64,000 bases of DNA from Guillardia theta CCMP2712 (taxonomy: Eukaryota > Protista > Cryptophyta): assembly GCF_000315625.1 (NCBI RefSeq), contig NW_005434666.1:1-64000 (forward strand), read 5' to 3'. The translations under genes were made by a program, and so were the position numbers. Shown piece by piece: positions 46,957-60,914 of the stretch (position 1 is its first letter; the number at the start of each line of letters is the position of its first letter). A model generated the notes under the pieces. It saw only the letters and a program-made list of their open reading frames with translations, searched no databases and was not told the origin of the DNA.

Positions 46957-48632
46957 GTTGACTTTTCCTTCCCTCCCCCCACGAAAAGTGTCTGCAAGAA
47001 AACACGAGATCGTTAGAAAACAATGGTAGGCATGCGTCGAGCATTAAAAGAATCGGTCTTCTATCATCAACTACTTCACGAACCAAGAAAAGATCAAAAG
47101 AAATAAGTGAAAAGCAAATTAAGGCGATAAGGTCATCCCAAAATCATGCAATGCCATCAAGTGTTGTGGGGACACGCCCAGTTGTTGGTTCCCCACATTT
47201 TCTGCCATGGATAGGAAATCGATTTGCGATGGGCAATAACAGATCTTTCCATCGTCTTGGGAGAGAAGAGGGGGGGGGGGGGGGGGCTAAACGCTCTTTC
47301 ATCCTTCCATCCTTCTGTTGTTCCTACCCATACCAACTCAACAACATTGTGATTGTGTGTTCTTAACGTATCATGTTCTTCTCACTTGCTCTGGATCCTT
47401 CTAATCGCCGCGCTCAAACTCTCCAGAACGCCATCTCACTACCGACCTCCTCGCTGCTTTCTTCCTGCCCTCCTCTCTGGCACCTTTGGTGCTTTTATTC
47501 CCATGGGTCTCTGGTACAGAAAGGTGAAGCGCCGTCTTTTCAGTTTGTGTAGTAAACAATCGAGAGTTCAGTTTTGGGGGATATCTTTGCTCTGGAAGGG
47601 GGTGGTGGTTGCCTCGTACCGATGGGAGGGGTTCTCCGATGGGTCGTTGTCTTGGCTTAGGGGCACCAAGGGGCTGAAAATTATGCGAAAAAGATTATTT
47701 TCGTTCCTTTCTGTATGCACCATAACCCACGAGATACCGCAAGATCGCTGTTGATAGTCAAACTTGCTTTCCAGAGATTTTCCGAGGGTGGGGTACAACT
47801 AGATGAGGGAATCTGTGGGGTACTTTGGTTTGAATATGGGGGTGATGCTTTGTATTCACGGGTAGTGTGTTTTAGGGGTAGTCTTGAAGCCATAAATCCA
47901 GTTTACACATACGACTGTGAGTGGGGGCTGCACGGGGGGTTGTGCAAGAGGTGTAGGGGGGGGTGGCCCTGACTCAGGGTGTTTGTAACAAGAGGCACCT
48001 TGGGGGTCAAATATATCCTGGGGCCCCTCAGGGTACCATATCCCAGTACTGCTGGTACAATATTGAGTCTCAGGTGTAGGACTTGAAGGGTGGGTAATGC
48101 AGTGGACAGCCGTAACAACAGAGAGTTCTGAAATGAAGTCACCTTCCCGGATTACAACCTTTTAGCTTTAAAAACAACCAGCTCAGCCCTTGTACCCTAC
48201 CCACCAGAGGGAAACAAAATTGACAGTCGAAACCACCCGTGTGTCACGGACTCCCCGCGGCGGGGTGCATTTTATAAGTGGGAGATCCCAGGTTTACTCT
48301 GGAATTTTTACTCATCGACTAAAGTAAATAATTATCCCCTCCGGGCCGGGCCTTGTTCTGTCGATCTCCGGAGTAACTTTTTTAAAAAAAGGGCAGCGAT
48401 TTTTGCTCAACTTGCCGGGCCGGAAAGCCCGACCGGCCGGGCCGGGCCGGTGCACTACTTTTGATTTGATGCATTTGATTTGATTCGAAAAAAAACTGAC
48501 GTGCGGCCTCAGCCCAAAATAGAGCATGGTGGCAGTGCTGGAAAAGTCGAAGAACGTATGAGGGGCGAAGAGGACAAGAAGAGTGTTTTACGATGGGAAG
48601 GAGAGGACATGAGAAACATGCGAGGAGGAGGA

Positions 48633-48708
48633 GGATGGTCATGATGGTCATGATGGTCATGATGGTCATGATGGTCATGATGGTCATGATGGCATGATGG
48701 TCATGATG
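48633..48708. repeat. 9-bp tandem repeat (GATGGTCAT) x ~8
   Basis: Read directly from the sequence. Confidence 0.9.
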
Positions 48709-49749
48709 AAAAGTCTTGGGACAGCGAACTTACTTCAAGTGTAAGGCGGGCGGGGAGAGAAGGGAGGGAAAACATTGAAACCGAAGCTAGTTGAGGCTTC
48801 TCTTGTTTTGTGTTCAGTGATCGGGCAATAGGGAATCACGTACAGTGGGCGAGGGGAGGGAGGAGGTCAGGGCTCTAATGTTTAGCATTTTCCGGCGCTT
48901 AAAGCTATTTGAAATGACGTATGGGAGTGCTACATGGGTTGACAAAGCTGTGCAATGGAAGTCTTGACTTGTAAGAAGTTAGATAGGCGATGGTTTGCTT
49001 GTTTGTCATCAGGGTGTTTGAAGAATATTTTACTCGTTCACTGTTTTGACTTGGGTTTACTAGGAATGTTTGCCATACTAGCTCAATTCCGTACATCAAT
49101 CTTGCATTACGGCGACGAAAGTGAGTGTTACATCATGAATCATCTGTAATTTTTGTTGACGGTGTTTGTTAGAAACCAAGTACAGCGATGCGCCTGGAGA
49201 GGACTACTTGTTCAACTCCGAGGGAAACAACACCGAGAACAAGCTCAAGTCACTGGGTGTGAACGTTAGCAGTTGGGGGTTCCTTCCCTCTGATCAGTAA
49301 AAATGTGTGACTGAGTGTCTTGAGCGAATTTTGGTCGATCGTATTCACCCCGCCATGTTTGGATTTCATACATAACTCCGCATGTAGGTCACCTGTAAAG
49401 TGTATATGACGTATATGACCATCCATGCTAAGAAATGATATAAGAAGGAAGCGATAATATAAGTTGCCCCAATCCAGACGTCTGTTCACATGTAATTTTT
49501 TCCTATGTAGCAAGAAAGGTAGCTCTTCCAGTCTTCAAGGACGTTGATCGATTGCCATCGCCTCTTTTACATCCACTGCAAGCTAGCTGCTAGCAGCTAG
49601 CTTGTCATTGCAAGACAAGGACCAGCCCCAGAGTGTGTGCCCGGAAATCAATTCGAATTAACGAAGAGGTCCCGTAATCACCACTCGCTGACGGAAAAAT
49701 GAGACATTTTATGATACTTATTGATCATTTCTTCAAAATGGGGTGATCA

Positions 49750-50987
49750 TTATGAACTAATTTTTGTTTTGATTTCATTCCTCGTAGCCCTGATCGCCTT
49801 TGATGCGAGCAAATAGTTGACTAGATCAAGAATGAGAAACAGGGAATGAAATCAACATATTGTACCCGGGATTTCAAAGAGAAGAAATCCACAGAGGAGG
49901 GAATTCACCGACTCCTACCACAAATTAAGATTTGCTTACTCAATTGACACGCTTACCTCAGTAGTATGGAAGTATCGCGCAGTGACATAGTTGTTTGCAT
50001 TCACACAAACGACGATGATAAAGTTCATCATGGTCGCAAGATGTATCAACCTGGAAAGAATGTTGCAAACTCATGACCCAGCATCGTTTCTAAACCTGTT
50101 GGAATGATAAGTTTCCAAGCACACATGCAGCTCGAATCGGCAGAGTGCGGAGACGGAGAGAGCCAGAAAAACCTGTCGCCGAGGAGTTAGTATGGGCAAA
50201 GGCGTGCATGGCAAGTGGATTACGTGATCAGACATTATATCCTTGCTCTTCAGTAGCGTCAAGCTGTATGCTACAGCCCGTATAAGTGTCATGATGACAA
50301 AACCAGCAAAGATTCGACTAGGATCCACGTTCAGTCAGCAAGAAGAACATTCCTTTGCAGTGCCTGTTTGTGAAGTCGTTCGGCAATGAAGACTTTCCCA
50401 GGCGGGAAACAGCAAGACGGTAAAGGAGGGGAACGAAGGGAAGGAGGGCTCCTGTCTTCTTAAAGATGATGTTGAACTGATGTAGCACCGGGATAGGGGC
50501 TGATGGACGTGTAACCCCTTCCTGCTTGTCTGCTGCTCCCCCTAAGGTGAAGATAATCCCCAAGAAAGACATCAAGAGTGGAATGCCATACACTATCACG
50601 ATCTGCTGCGTCGAAGGCCTGCCGGTGTTTGTGTCTGCCTGCATCTTGTCCTGGCCGTGGTAAACAATGTTTCTGTTTCTTAACTGGACCATGTCGTGTA
50701 TCGTCAATCAGACGCGATTGCCAGCTGCAAGCATACGACCGTCATGCCCTTATATCATAGACCCAGAAAAATGGAAGAGGTAAGCAAGACAGAAAAAGGA
50801 AGGGTTAGCTCATTGCCAAAATGAGCATTGCATTGCTACATGATCGGCATTACTCACTTCTATGAGTTCTCACTGGTCTGGTGCAGTTTGCTATGAGAGC
50901 AGTATCAAGCTGCACGAATCTCTCTCTTCTTCTGCATAGATCTTATTCCTTCTTCCTCCTTCTACAGCAATCTCCATCTTCCATCAT
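49750..50987 (-). CDS. FIT (fat storage-inducing transmembrane)/PAP2-like membrane protein, multi-exon
   Basis: Several TM exons; spliced motifs DIMSDH|VFLALS and VTARYFHTTE resemble the two His motifs of FIT proteins (SGHxF, TxxYFHT). Confidence 0.5.
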
Positions 50988-51059
50988 GCCATCAGCGTTC
51001 TTGCACTAAGTCGCTGTCGTTCATTGTCCATCGCCGCTGGCTGCAAAAGTTTGAACTCC

Positions 51060-51500
51060 CTACAAGACCAGCCCGTGCCCGCCTCAATTACGAATGGGCT
51101 TCAAACAGTGCCTGTCCGCCCGGCCGCTCAGCTCGGAACCGGCCGGCCCGGCCCGGCGGCCGCCGGCGGGCAGCGTTCAGAAAGAACGGAACCGTTCAAC
51201 CGTTGGCCTGCCCACTGCCCGACCCGGGCCAGCCCGTCAGGCCCGGCCAGTCACTACTACAGGCGGTCCCGGGCGGCCCACCGTCACAAGTTGCCGCGTC
51301 AAGTTGCGGCCACGCCGCACGGTTTGGCAGCCTGAGTCTCTGTGTGGCCGACTCGGCGCCGCGAGGGAGTCGAGCTAGCCGGGCTAAACCGTTCACGGCT
51401 CAAAAATGCCTGTGGCCGCGGCCGGCCGGGCCTGTCGGGGGCACCACTGTCATTTGGAATCCGATTTGATTGTCCGGCGAGTCAATACAAGACTTGAACC
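51060..51500. other. GC-rich fold-back island 4
   Basis: Same motifs as the other islands; repeated AACCGTT. Confidence 0.7.
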
Positions 51501-51899
51501 GGGGGCTACTAATGATCAGACTGCGAAGCCAGTCATGAGACCCGTCAGGTCTTGGAACCAGCAGCCGCGCCGCTCATCATAAGCCAGCCGAGACCTTCTC
51601 CCTCCTCCCCGAACCTGAGGGACGTCAAGTCAGCGGCATGTGGCAGACTCAAGGCATGAGCATGAGCCCTACAAGCCTTCGCTGCCTCGTGAGCTCCCGA
51701 GCGACGTGTCCGAGCTAACAAGAACGTCGAATCAAGGAACATGATCACCATAGAAGCACGAGCAAGGAGGAGGTTGAAAGCAACGAACAGGAGAAGATGA
51801 GGAGTAACTGACGGCAGGCGGTGAAGGGTAACAGACGGGGAGGGAAGAGGAAGGGGGGAGAGAGGGTTGAGAGATGATGGGTATGCAAGGATTGATCAC

Positions 51900-54800
51900 C
51901 GCCTGTCAACGGAGTCAAGCAGCCCAAGTTCCGCCAACGTCTTCTTCTTCCCCAGCTTTTGCGGACTATCTTGCGGGCCTTGAGAGGCGATCAGAGGAGG
52001 GATAACAGCTGTGAAGTTGCTGACCTTGCCAACAGCTCCCCCCCCCCTCTTCCTCCCATGGGTAGAGGTCGTCGCTGCAAGGGCTTGACTCAGTTTCTCA
52101 CGTGGAGGGAGGAGGGCGGAGGGTCGAGGGGAAGACAGGAAACCTTCCAAAGCGTCGAACTCTCGAGTCTCTTGCGTCATCTAGCAGCTTTGCAGTGTGA
52201 CCCGGGCTGTACTCCACCGTGCTGCCTAGGATACTGGGAGAGGAGGCGATCTGAACGGTGGGCTTGAGGTGCTTGGATAGCTGAGGCTTCATTGACCAAC
52301 GAGGAGGAGACTGCTGAGGGGCGTTTGAGTCAGGACTCTCCAACTGGACTGAGTCTGCAGGTAACCCCTCGTGAGCCAAGTGAAGACGCAACGAGGAGGA
52401 AGCGGGGAGGAGTTAGAAGGAGATAACACAAGGACACGAATGTGAGTAATCGAACTAGAGGAGGCGCACAAAGGGGAAGAGGAGGAAGACCTGATGAGAT
52501 GTGAACCCAGTCGAGGTCCTGCTCTTTGCTGAAGGATGTCAGAGGGTCGCAGCTTTCTGACCTCCCTGTCCCGCCTTCCTCCTTGTGCTTGCAAGCTTGT
52601 TGAGGACGTTCCTGGGTAGACAGCGGGTCGGAAGGATGGGGCACCTGCTGCAAGCCTCCTCCCGCGTTGCTCCGTGATGTCTCTCCTGCTCCAGAGGGAT
52701 CCCCGTTCTCTCCGTCGCCTGCTTCCAGGATATGCTTCTGCTCCCAGTCGCTCTCCTGCTGACATGGGATAAGAACAATCATCGCATAGCTAAAGTTTGT
52801 CCTCTCACCAGCTCATCCAGGCTGTGCGATGAGCCGTTAGGGTCGCTTTCACCATGCTCGCTACCTGCGCCAGCGTCTGCTGAACTGTTGGTGCTAGTAG
52901 GAGGAAAGTCTTGGCTGCTGACGTCGATCTCTGGGGTTATCTTGATGGAAGATAAGTCCGTTACAAAGGAGTAGATGTTTTCGTCTTCACTCTCCATCAG
53001 CCGGTCAAATAGCTGCAAAACAAGGCAATCAAAACATCAAAGGTGACGATGGGAGAAGAAAGAGGTGATAGAGGTGTAAAGTTGAGGATACGGGCGCGTG
53101 ATGAGGATACGGGCGCGTGCGATGAATAGCGATGAGCAGGGTGAAGACAGTTGACGCTCAAATGCAGCGGAGCTGATTGAAAAAACAAAACTTACCGAGG
53201 GTTCAATCGAGAGCCGAGTAGCATCGAGGGTTTCAATGAAGTGCAGTGCACCTGAACAGCGAGTAAAACGGCATCTAAATCATCGATGCCCATAATTCCA
53301 TGTAAACGGATGTATGGTGTAGCCGACACCTCATTTACCTCCCCCCTTCTCCTCCTCTTCTCTTATTGTTTCATCATCTACAACTGATAATAAACGATGT
53401 TCTAAGAGCCTTTCGTCGATCTGTCGTCCACCATTGCTACACAACCTTCCCTCAGTTCCTCCTCCTCTTCTACCTGCGAGATGCGTAAAAAAATAAGCTG
53501 CTTCCCCGACATTCCTTGATCGAGATCGGTAATCGCTGATGAAGTCGATGTTTGAAGGCAGTTCGGAAGGGTTCGCTGCTCGTGACGTCACCCTTGATCA
53601 TGGCAAGTCAGACATGAACCTCTCAGCACGATGTAGACCAGGACAGGAAGGAAATCATCTGCCGAGACCTGACCGAGTGACATCATCTCCTCTCTCCTCG
53701 TTTTACTGCAACTCACTGTCGTGTGGAGACCATTCAAGGTCGGAGCTGAACAGATATGCCTGCAAACTTCGTCATCGCAACTAGTGTGCCCTCTGCTGCT
53801 GCCCCGCCAGCTCATCGTCTGCCTTGAGTCTTACCGAGAGGCCTCCAGGATACAATCAAGCTTCTCAATGGGAGACGTTCGTTCAGACATCACCTGCATC
53901 TTCACGTTATCTCAAGAGCCTTCAAAATTCTCCAAACATGTCAACATGCCACAAACATTCACCATCATCGTCATCATCATCGACTTGGTACCTGTAGAGC
54001 TTTTACGGACTTCTCCCACGACTCGTCGTTCCTATTCGTTGCCGGGATGTCCAAGTGATCCGGCCCGATGAATCTCAGTCGCGCGATCCTCATTCTGAGC
54101 TCCGAGTCTCGTTTCCTTGACATCATGTCGGGTGCAAAAATTCGCTTGTGGATGCGAGTGGTGACATATTGCTCCAAACTGCACAGTAAGGAGTCAGAGC
54201 ACTCTTGCAGAGAATCGTAGCGCGATAGTTCAATACACAACACGCGATACCAGGACTTGTCGCACAACAACACAACCCTTGCGTGTCAACGAGTCAATCA
54301 ACTAACCTGTCAAGTGCGCGGATCTGCAGCTCTGCTGTTCGATTCATCCATATGGGATGCTGCAGCATCCAGTTCTCCATGTCGATGAGAAAATTCTGCA
54401 TGAGCACAAGAAGTTCTCAACGACAGACAACAATCTTATGACTGCAGGAGCAGCAACTCAATACCTGTACAACCTCTCGACTCACGTCTCTCGAGTACCT
54501 TGGTCCCTCGTTAAAAGTCTTTACAAACCTTTGCAGTCGCGTGCGAAGATCCCACTGGGCAAGAGGGAGGTCAGGAGGTCAGTGAGTCACCACACAAGGG
54601 AGACTGACAGCGTTCGCCTGCCGCATGCAGGCAATGAAGTCTTCATAGTCACTCTTTCGCTGCTGGGCCAGAGCTTGAAACGAATCCTTAACACATGCGA
54701 GCAAACGCTCTCGAGTCACAATCATATTCCTCCACCATCAATTGGCACTCGCACCTGCACTTCAGTCTCCTCATGCCTTTTCCCTTCACTGTACAAGTCA

Positions 54801-55340
54801 CCCGAGTTGTTGTTCTGGTGGAACGAGTTGCCATCGATAGCGCTTTGCACCTCTCCCAAGATCGTCTTCAGAGAGCCGACAATGGTCCCCACAGCCTTGA
54901 GGGACGACTGCTCTAGCGCCTGCCACTCCTCCCGTGACAAAGCCTTGGTGGGACTGTTGCTGTACATGCTATGAAGCTGCTGACTTATGGAGTCATCCTC
55001 TTTACTCTCTGCGATCGACTTCCTCTGCTCGTCATGTCGTGACTCGGCAGGATGGGCAACTCAAGCAACGCAAACGACGCATGCCTAGCAAGTAGAATCA
55101 GGTTCGTCCACGGAGAAGTCAGCAGACTTGAATGCTCAAGTCAATAATCTTGACCACATGTTTGTTCTCAGACATCTCAAAAACAAGCTCTCGATCACAA
55201 GAATTTCTCTCACGTCCGGCATGGCATACCGATCTAACACTGAGACAGGTTATATCCAGATTCCTTCCACACATCATCTGCAAGGATCTCCTTCCATCCT
55301 TCTAGCTCATCTCGCCGCCCCTCCTTACGCTCTCCACCAT
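51900..55340 (-). CDS. VPS9-domain Rab5 guanine-nucleotide exchange factor, multi-exon (ends approximate)
   Basis: SLEQYVTTRIHKRIF, LRFIGPDHLDI, SPIEKLDCILEAS, SADDFLPVLVYIVLR|ANPSELPSNIDFISDYR...GEAAYFFTHL. Confidence 0.9.
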
Positions 55341-55731
55341 GTCTTGCCACCCATCATGACTACCCCTACCTACCGTCTTTGGAACAACTTGCAGCATACA
55401 CCTTTTTTTTTTTAAAAATATGTATATTTGAAATATATTTCAAACAGGTTCTGGGAATCTGGACCTCTGGGCCACGCGTGAAACGCTCCTTTAAATTCTC
55501 AAGTACCCCCACTCATAATTGAGTACCCTACCTACCCCCTGGAACCAATTTCATCATTACCGAACCTTCTGCGGCTCAAGGGTAGCGAGGCGAGGCCAGG
55601 TACCCTTGTTAGCAGATAGTTAAGTAAAGTAATTTGGCGCGGGCCAACCCTAGGCTGACAGTGATGCACAGAATCTTGCACGGAATCCGGCGGGGGAGGT
55701 GCTGAGCGCGCGGGGAAGTGCGAGGAGAGGA

Positions 55732-55761
55732 GAGCAGAGCAGAGCAGAGCAGAGCAGAGCA
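55732..55761. repeat. (AGAGC)n microsatellite
   Basis: Read directly from the sequence. Confidence 0.8.
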
Positions 55762-55923
55762 GGAGAGTAGAGGAAGGGCGTACAAGGAGGAAACAAAACA
55801 AAAAGGGAGGAAGACAAGTTTTCAGAACGAGAGTTGAGAGGTGAAGCAGTGGTGAGGGACGACGCTGTCGAGAGCTTGTAAGGGACGCGAACGGAGATTG
55901 CATCGATCAACTGGTTGACAACG

Positions 55924-58900
55924 ATGTTTCGTGCTCGTGGGAAGAAGGCAAAGGCCGTTGAGACACACAAGGATGTGACTCGAGTCATCAGAGAGAACAA
56001 GATCAAGTCAAGATCGTCACTGGCGACTTGGCTGTTTCTTGTTCTCTTGTTCGCATCCTCGATCGTGGTTGTCTTCGTTGCCGACAAGATGCAGTCAGAG
56101 TACTTCAACGAAGACAACGAATCTCCCGATGGCTTCAACCGGACATATGCTGTAAAGAGCATGGAGCATATCAAACAGCTATCTGCCATTGGCGTGAGGA
56201 TGATAGGAAGCTTGCAGAACGAGAAGGTTGCGAGGGACTACTTGGTCCAATCGCTGCTTGCGATCCGAGCCAACTCCAACAGCTCGATGCTGGTAGAAGT
56301 TGCGACTCAGCAAACGAGTGGGAGGTTCGATACAGATTTCCTTGGAGGACTGAAGAACGTCTACAGCAACGTCACTAACGTCCTTTGCCGAATTTCTCCC
56401 AGGGCGGACAAAATGTCCCGAGCGCATTCGCTCCTCCTGAATTCTCACTTTGACACGTCGATTGGAACAAGAGGAGCGGGGGATGATTTGTCGCAGGTGA
56501 CTTCCCTCCTTGTGTTCCTCTCCCCTCCTTGAATTATCCCCTCCCTTCCGTCTCATCCTGCCTCCTCTCTTGTCTGTTGGAGCAGGCTCTTCCTTGTCTT
56601 CGTCTCTCTCCTCGCCCTCTTCTCCTGATCTTCCACAGGTTGGCGTCATGCTCGGTCTAGCAGAGCTCGTCGCCTCGGGCAGGCATTCCATGTCCCATGC
56701 TCTTCTCTTTCTCTTCAACGGCGCCGAGGAGTCGAACTGGCTCGCAGCACATGGTTTTATTGTCAACAGCTCTCCAATCTCCTACGAGACTCCGAGCAGA
56801 GAAGCTGAAGAGTTTACTAACTGGGCTGATAGCGTAAAAGCGGTAAGCCAGCCGGTCGAGCACAACACACGGACGATCTGTGAAGCAGCATGCAGGTGAT
56901 CAACCTTGAAGCTATCGGGTCCGGAGGGAGAGAGCTATTGACAAGAACGACGTCGAAGGTTCATTACAACCTTGAAGAGATCATCTCCTATCTTCCTGTC
57001 TTACCTTCTTGCTCCTCTCCTATCTTCCTGTCCTACCTTCTTGCTCCTCTCCTATCTTCCTGTCCTACCTTCTTGCTCCTCTCCTATCTTCCTGTCCTAC
57101 CTTCTTGCTCTTCTCTCTACCTCTCCTCCGGTCATCCCGTTACCCTGTCCTCCTCTCGATCTCTCTATCCGCTATCGCAGTATCACACGCCTCCATGTCT
57201 ACCTAGCTTTCTACTTTACTCTCTTTCTAGCTGTCACCGTATCCACGTCCTAATTTCCCAATCTTGTCACTTTTTGTCTTTCTGCCATTCAATGTCGACA
57301 TCATTCATATCAGTTCCTCTGACACAGCCTCCAAGGCTTCTCCGCTTATCAACGCTTACAAGGTGGCAACGAAATATCCCCGAGGTTTTCTTGTTTTCTG
57401 TTTGCGCACCGTTTGCACAAGTTAACAGGATCTTGTAGGAAATGTGATAGCAGATGAAATCTTCCGCTCGAAGATTTTCCCGGGTGAAACAGACCTGAGT
57501 GTTTTCAGAGACTTTGGCAAGATACCGGGTTTGGACATCATCTTCGTGGAGAATGTGAGGATTTGAGTTGTCAGTCAGCAGAGTCTGACTCCGAATGGCA
57601 GGGGTACGGCTACCATGCCGCTGAAGACAAGCTTGAACGGCTGAAGGAGTACAACCTTGGTCGCGAAGGCAAGCATTTGTATCGGCTCTGCATGAACCTG
57701 GCCAACACAAAGGACCTTGCAACCCTGCAAAAGTTGAATGGGACGGAGCACAACAAAAATGACGATGTCTTCTTTGATTTCCTGGGTGTTCACTTGTTCT
57801 GGTATTCTGCGGATTTCGCTTTTTTCCTCAACATCGGAGTTGCTGCCTCGATGCTTCTGTGGATCCTTGATAAACGGGGGTCGTTGTTCTTGCTCCGCCA
57901 TGTTGGGAATGCGATGGTGCGATTCATCGTCATCATCTTTGCCTCGGTCGTGATAGGAGTTGTCATGATGTCCTGGTCGCCGCTTTCATGGTACAGGTGA
58001 GTCTGAAAAGCTCGTCGATCTAAGGAGATGTCTTTAGCTTGTTGTTGATGGTTTACTGTTGATGATTGCTTTTGATGCTCTTGATTGATGGCAGAGTTCA
58101 ACCCTTGCTATCTAGTCGCTCAATCTCTATTTCTGTCCTTGTCTGCGTCTTGTTTCTTGTCAAACTTATCTGATCATCGACAGCGATCCCCAACACGCAA
58201 TGCTCCTCTTCCTCCCTCCTGCTCTGGCATCTGCTCTCCTCGTTCACTCGATGGTACTCGGAGCGCTTGTATGACCCCTCTCACATCACGAAAGGCAAAC
58301 AGCGCTTCCTCCTCCATCTTGGGCGGAGCAGCTTTCTTGTCTATCGGTCAAGCAGCGATGACATTGCTCGGTAATTAGGGAGGAGGAGAAGGTAGTGATG
58401 GTAGTGGTGGTGATGATGAAGTGCCCAATACGGAGAATGATTATGAAATGCTGCATACACTTTCTATGACGGGCTTGATGGTATTATCGGCAGGAATTCG
58501 CTCAGCGTATGTGGTGATGTTGTGGACCTTTCCATTGGTGGTGGTGGTCTACTCCATCGATGTAGGGAGCATGTTTTCAAGGAAGCTGAGCAGACTCAAA
58601 TTTCTTCATGGCTCGGGTACAAGAGTGCCAGCTTGTATCATTTTTCTCCTCTCACGAGATCTCATGCAGATTTCAATGTTTCTTTCTTTCTTCTCTTTAC
58701 CGTCTGCTGCCTTCCTCCCGTTCTCTACTGGGTTGAGGTGACTGAGATTCTCGATCTTCACTCCTTCTCGTCACTTCGTTCCTCACAAGGTGATGCGAAC
58801 TGTTCTTGCCATTTTCCTCCCTGTCATGGGAAGATGTGGCATGATCTTGAAGCCCGACGTCTTCATCTCTGCCATCGTTGGCTTCTTTGTAGCTATCTTG

Positions 58901-59101
58901 ACATTAATCCCATGCTCGGCTCTTGGTGGGCTGCGATCTTCTCCCAAGCAAACCCGGCTCATCGGCCTCGTCCTTCTCCTCTTCACTGGCTATCAAGTCA
59001 TAGTCAGCAAGGAGAAGAGTCCCTACTCTCGGGAGCGACCGAAAAGACTTTTCGTGCAGCATGTTGAGAGAAGGTCTCTCAGCACTTTATCTTCCTCTTC
59101 C

Positions 59102-59135
<34 letters not shown>

Positions 59136-60276
59136 TTCTCGATTCTGGTCTCTGGATCAATGGCATGGACACTCTCGCGTTACAGCCTCTCCGTCGTCTA
59201 GGCAAGAGCTTGCACACCAAATCGTCGTCCCTAACACGCTACACCCTTTCCCCTTCTCTCTCCTGCCAGGTGTGAAGGAGTGGGAAGAAGCCAAGGCGCA
59301 TCCTTGCCGTTCGTCTCCTCCCTACCATCCCTTGCCTGACCCAGCAGCAGGAGGGCTGGCGTGCAACCTACCCTGGTTCTTTCCTCTTTCCGATGAGTTA
59401 CAAGGGGGTTGGCTCCTACCTGCCAAGTCGAACTCCGATATTTTATCTTTCTCCTCTGATTTCCCTTCAGGGCTCCCCCCATCAGTGAATCACGGAAGCT
59501 GAAAGTCACGGTCACCAAGGAGACGGGGAGCTCTCAAGGTCGAGCGAGGGAGAGGGAGGAGGATGTAACTTTGCAGCAGGGAGGAAGTTTTCCCTGTCCC
59601 TCGACGGCCCATCGCACATGGCGCTCATAATCCATGATCCCAACCATCAGGTTCATCGTCCCTCCTCTCGCACTCCTGCGTCATTTGAAGCACCCGCTCT
59701 GATGCACCCCCTTTTCTCCGCTTCCACCTTTCTCCCTCCCTCCCTCCCTCCCCCCTCCTCCCTCCCTCCCTCCTCCCTCCCTCCCTCCCTCCTCCCCTCC
59801 CTCCTCCCCTTTCTCTCCCTCTCTATTTCCTGCTCTTCCTGAACGTCTCTCAGATCTCAGCATGGAACTTGAACACACTCTCAACCGATGCCGGGAGCAA
59901 CGAGGTCGCGACTAGGCGAAAGGACAGCTCCTACTTCATCTACTTCGCCAGCGGACTTGCCGCTCCTTCCACCGGGCTCCATCCTTGGCGCATCTGGGTA
60001 GATCCTCTTTAGCTCCCTCCTCTTGCATGACGGAGTGGACAGGTGGAGGTTCGAGGGGAGGCTGCGGTCCATGTAGCAGCCTTTGGTCACTACCTGCTGG
60101 TAAAGTGTCTTTCCTCCAGTGTTAGTCTGACTCGCCACCGACAGTTTGACAACAACGGTGAAACAGATCTGTCAGGCTGCAGCTTCAGCGAGGAAGCGAG
60201 CAACTTTGCATCCTTGCTGCCCCACTACCTCAAGCCCATCTGCTTCTACGACGTGCTCTACAACTTCACGCTGTAA
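55924..60276 (+). CDS. ERMP1: Endoplasmic reticulum metallopeptidase 1-like (peptidase M28), multi-exon
   Basis: LLNSHFDT, GAGDD, LFNGAEE, INLEAIGSGG, GETDLSVFRDFGKIPGLD and YHAAED motifs, multiple TM segments, and PYS.ERPKRLFVQH. Confidence 0.9.
56985..57112. repeat. Intronic 32-bp minisatellite (CTCCTATCTTCCTGTCCTACCTTCTTGCTCCT) x4
   Basis: Read directly; lies in an ERMP1 intron. Confidence 0.9.
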
Positions 60277-60914
60277 AAGAGAGAGACGAACAAGCTTTGC
60301 AAGAACGTATCTTTCTCTTTTCAACACACGATGAGAGCAAACAACAAGGAGGTCAAGACAAACTTGATCCTGTGCCTCTGCCAGCCCTGTCGTCCTACCA
60401 GCCCGCGCCATCTGGATCTTCCCCCTGCGCCCACTCGGGATGGTGCCAGCTCTCATACCTGTGTGTTGTATGAGCAGCCGAAGACAGAGATACGGAGACT
60501 TGCGTACATGTCATAGACTTCGTCCGGGTCCTTGGCAGGGTCCAGGGTACTGGATCACAACGTTAGCGTCCTCCTCCTAGATCCCCTCCTTCAGCTAACC
60601 TGTCATTGCGATCCATGCTCGTGTCGGACTCCCCCCATAGCTGCGAAAACTGTCTGGCGCAATGGATCTTCTGAATGAGGCCTGCTGACATGTCAGAAGG
60701 AGAATCTGCAGCGCGGCTGACACAAAGGTCACATAAAGACAAACAGTCTTAGGATGAAACACCATTTGTTTCACGGAAGGAAACATCGGGAGACAAAATC
60801 TTCATGTTAGTCAATTACGACATTCTAGGAGCAATAGAGATGAGCTATATTGCGATCAGAGCAAGCTCAAAGTTCATCACATGCAAGTCTTCACTACAAC
60901 CTGACGGCATGACT

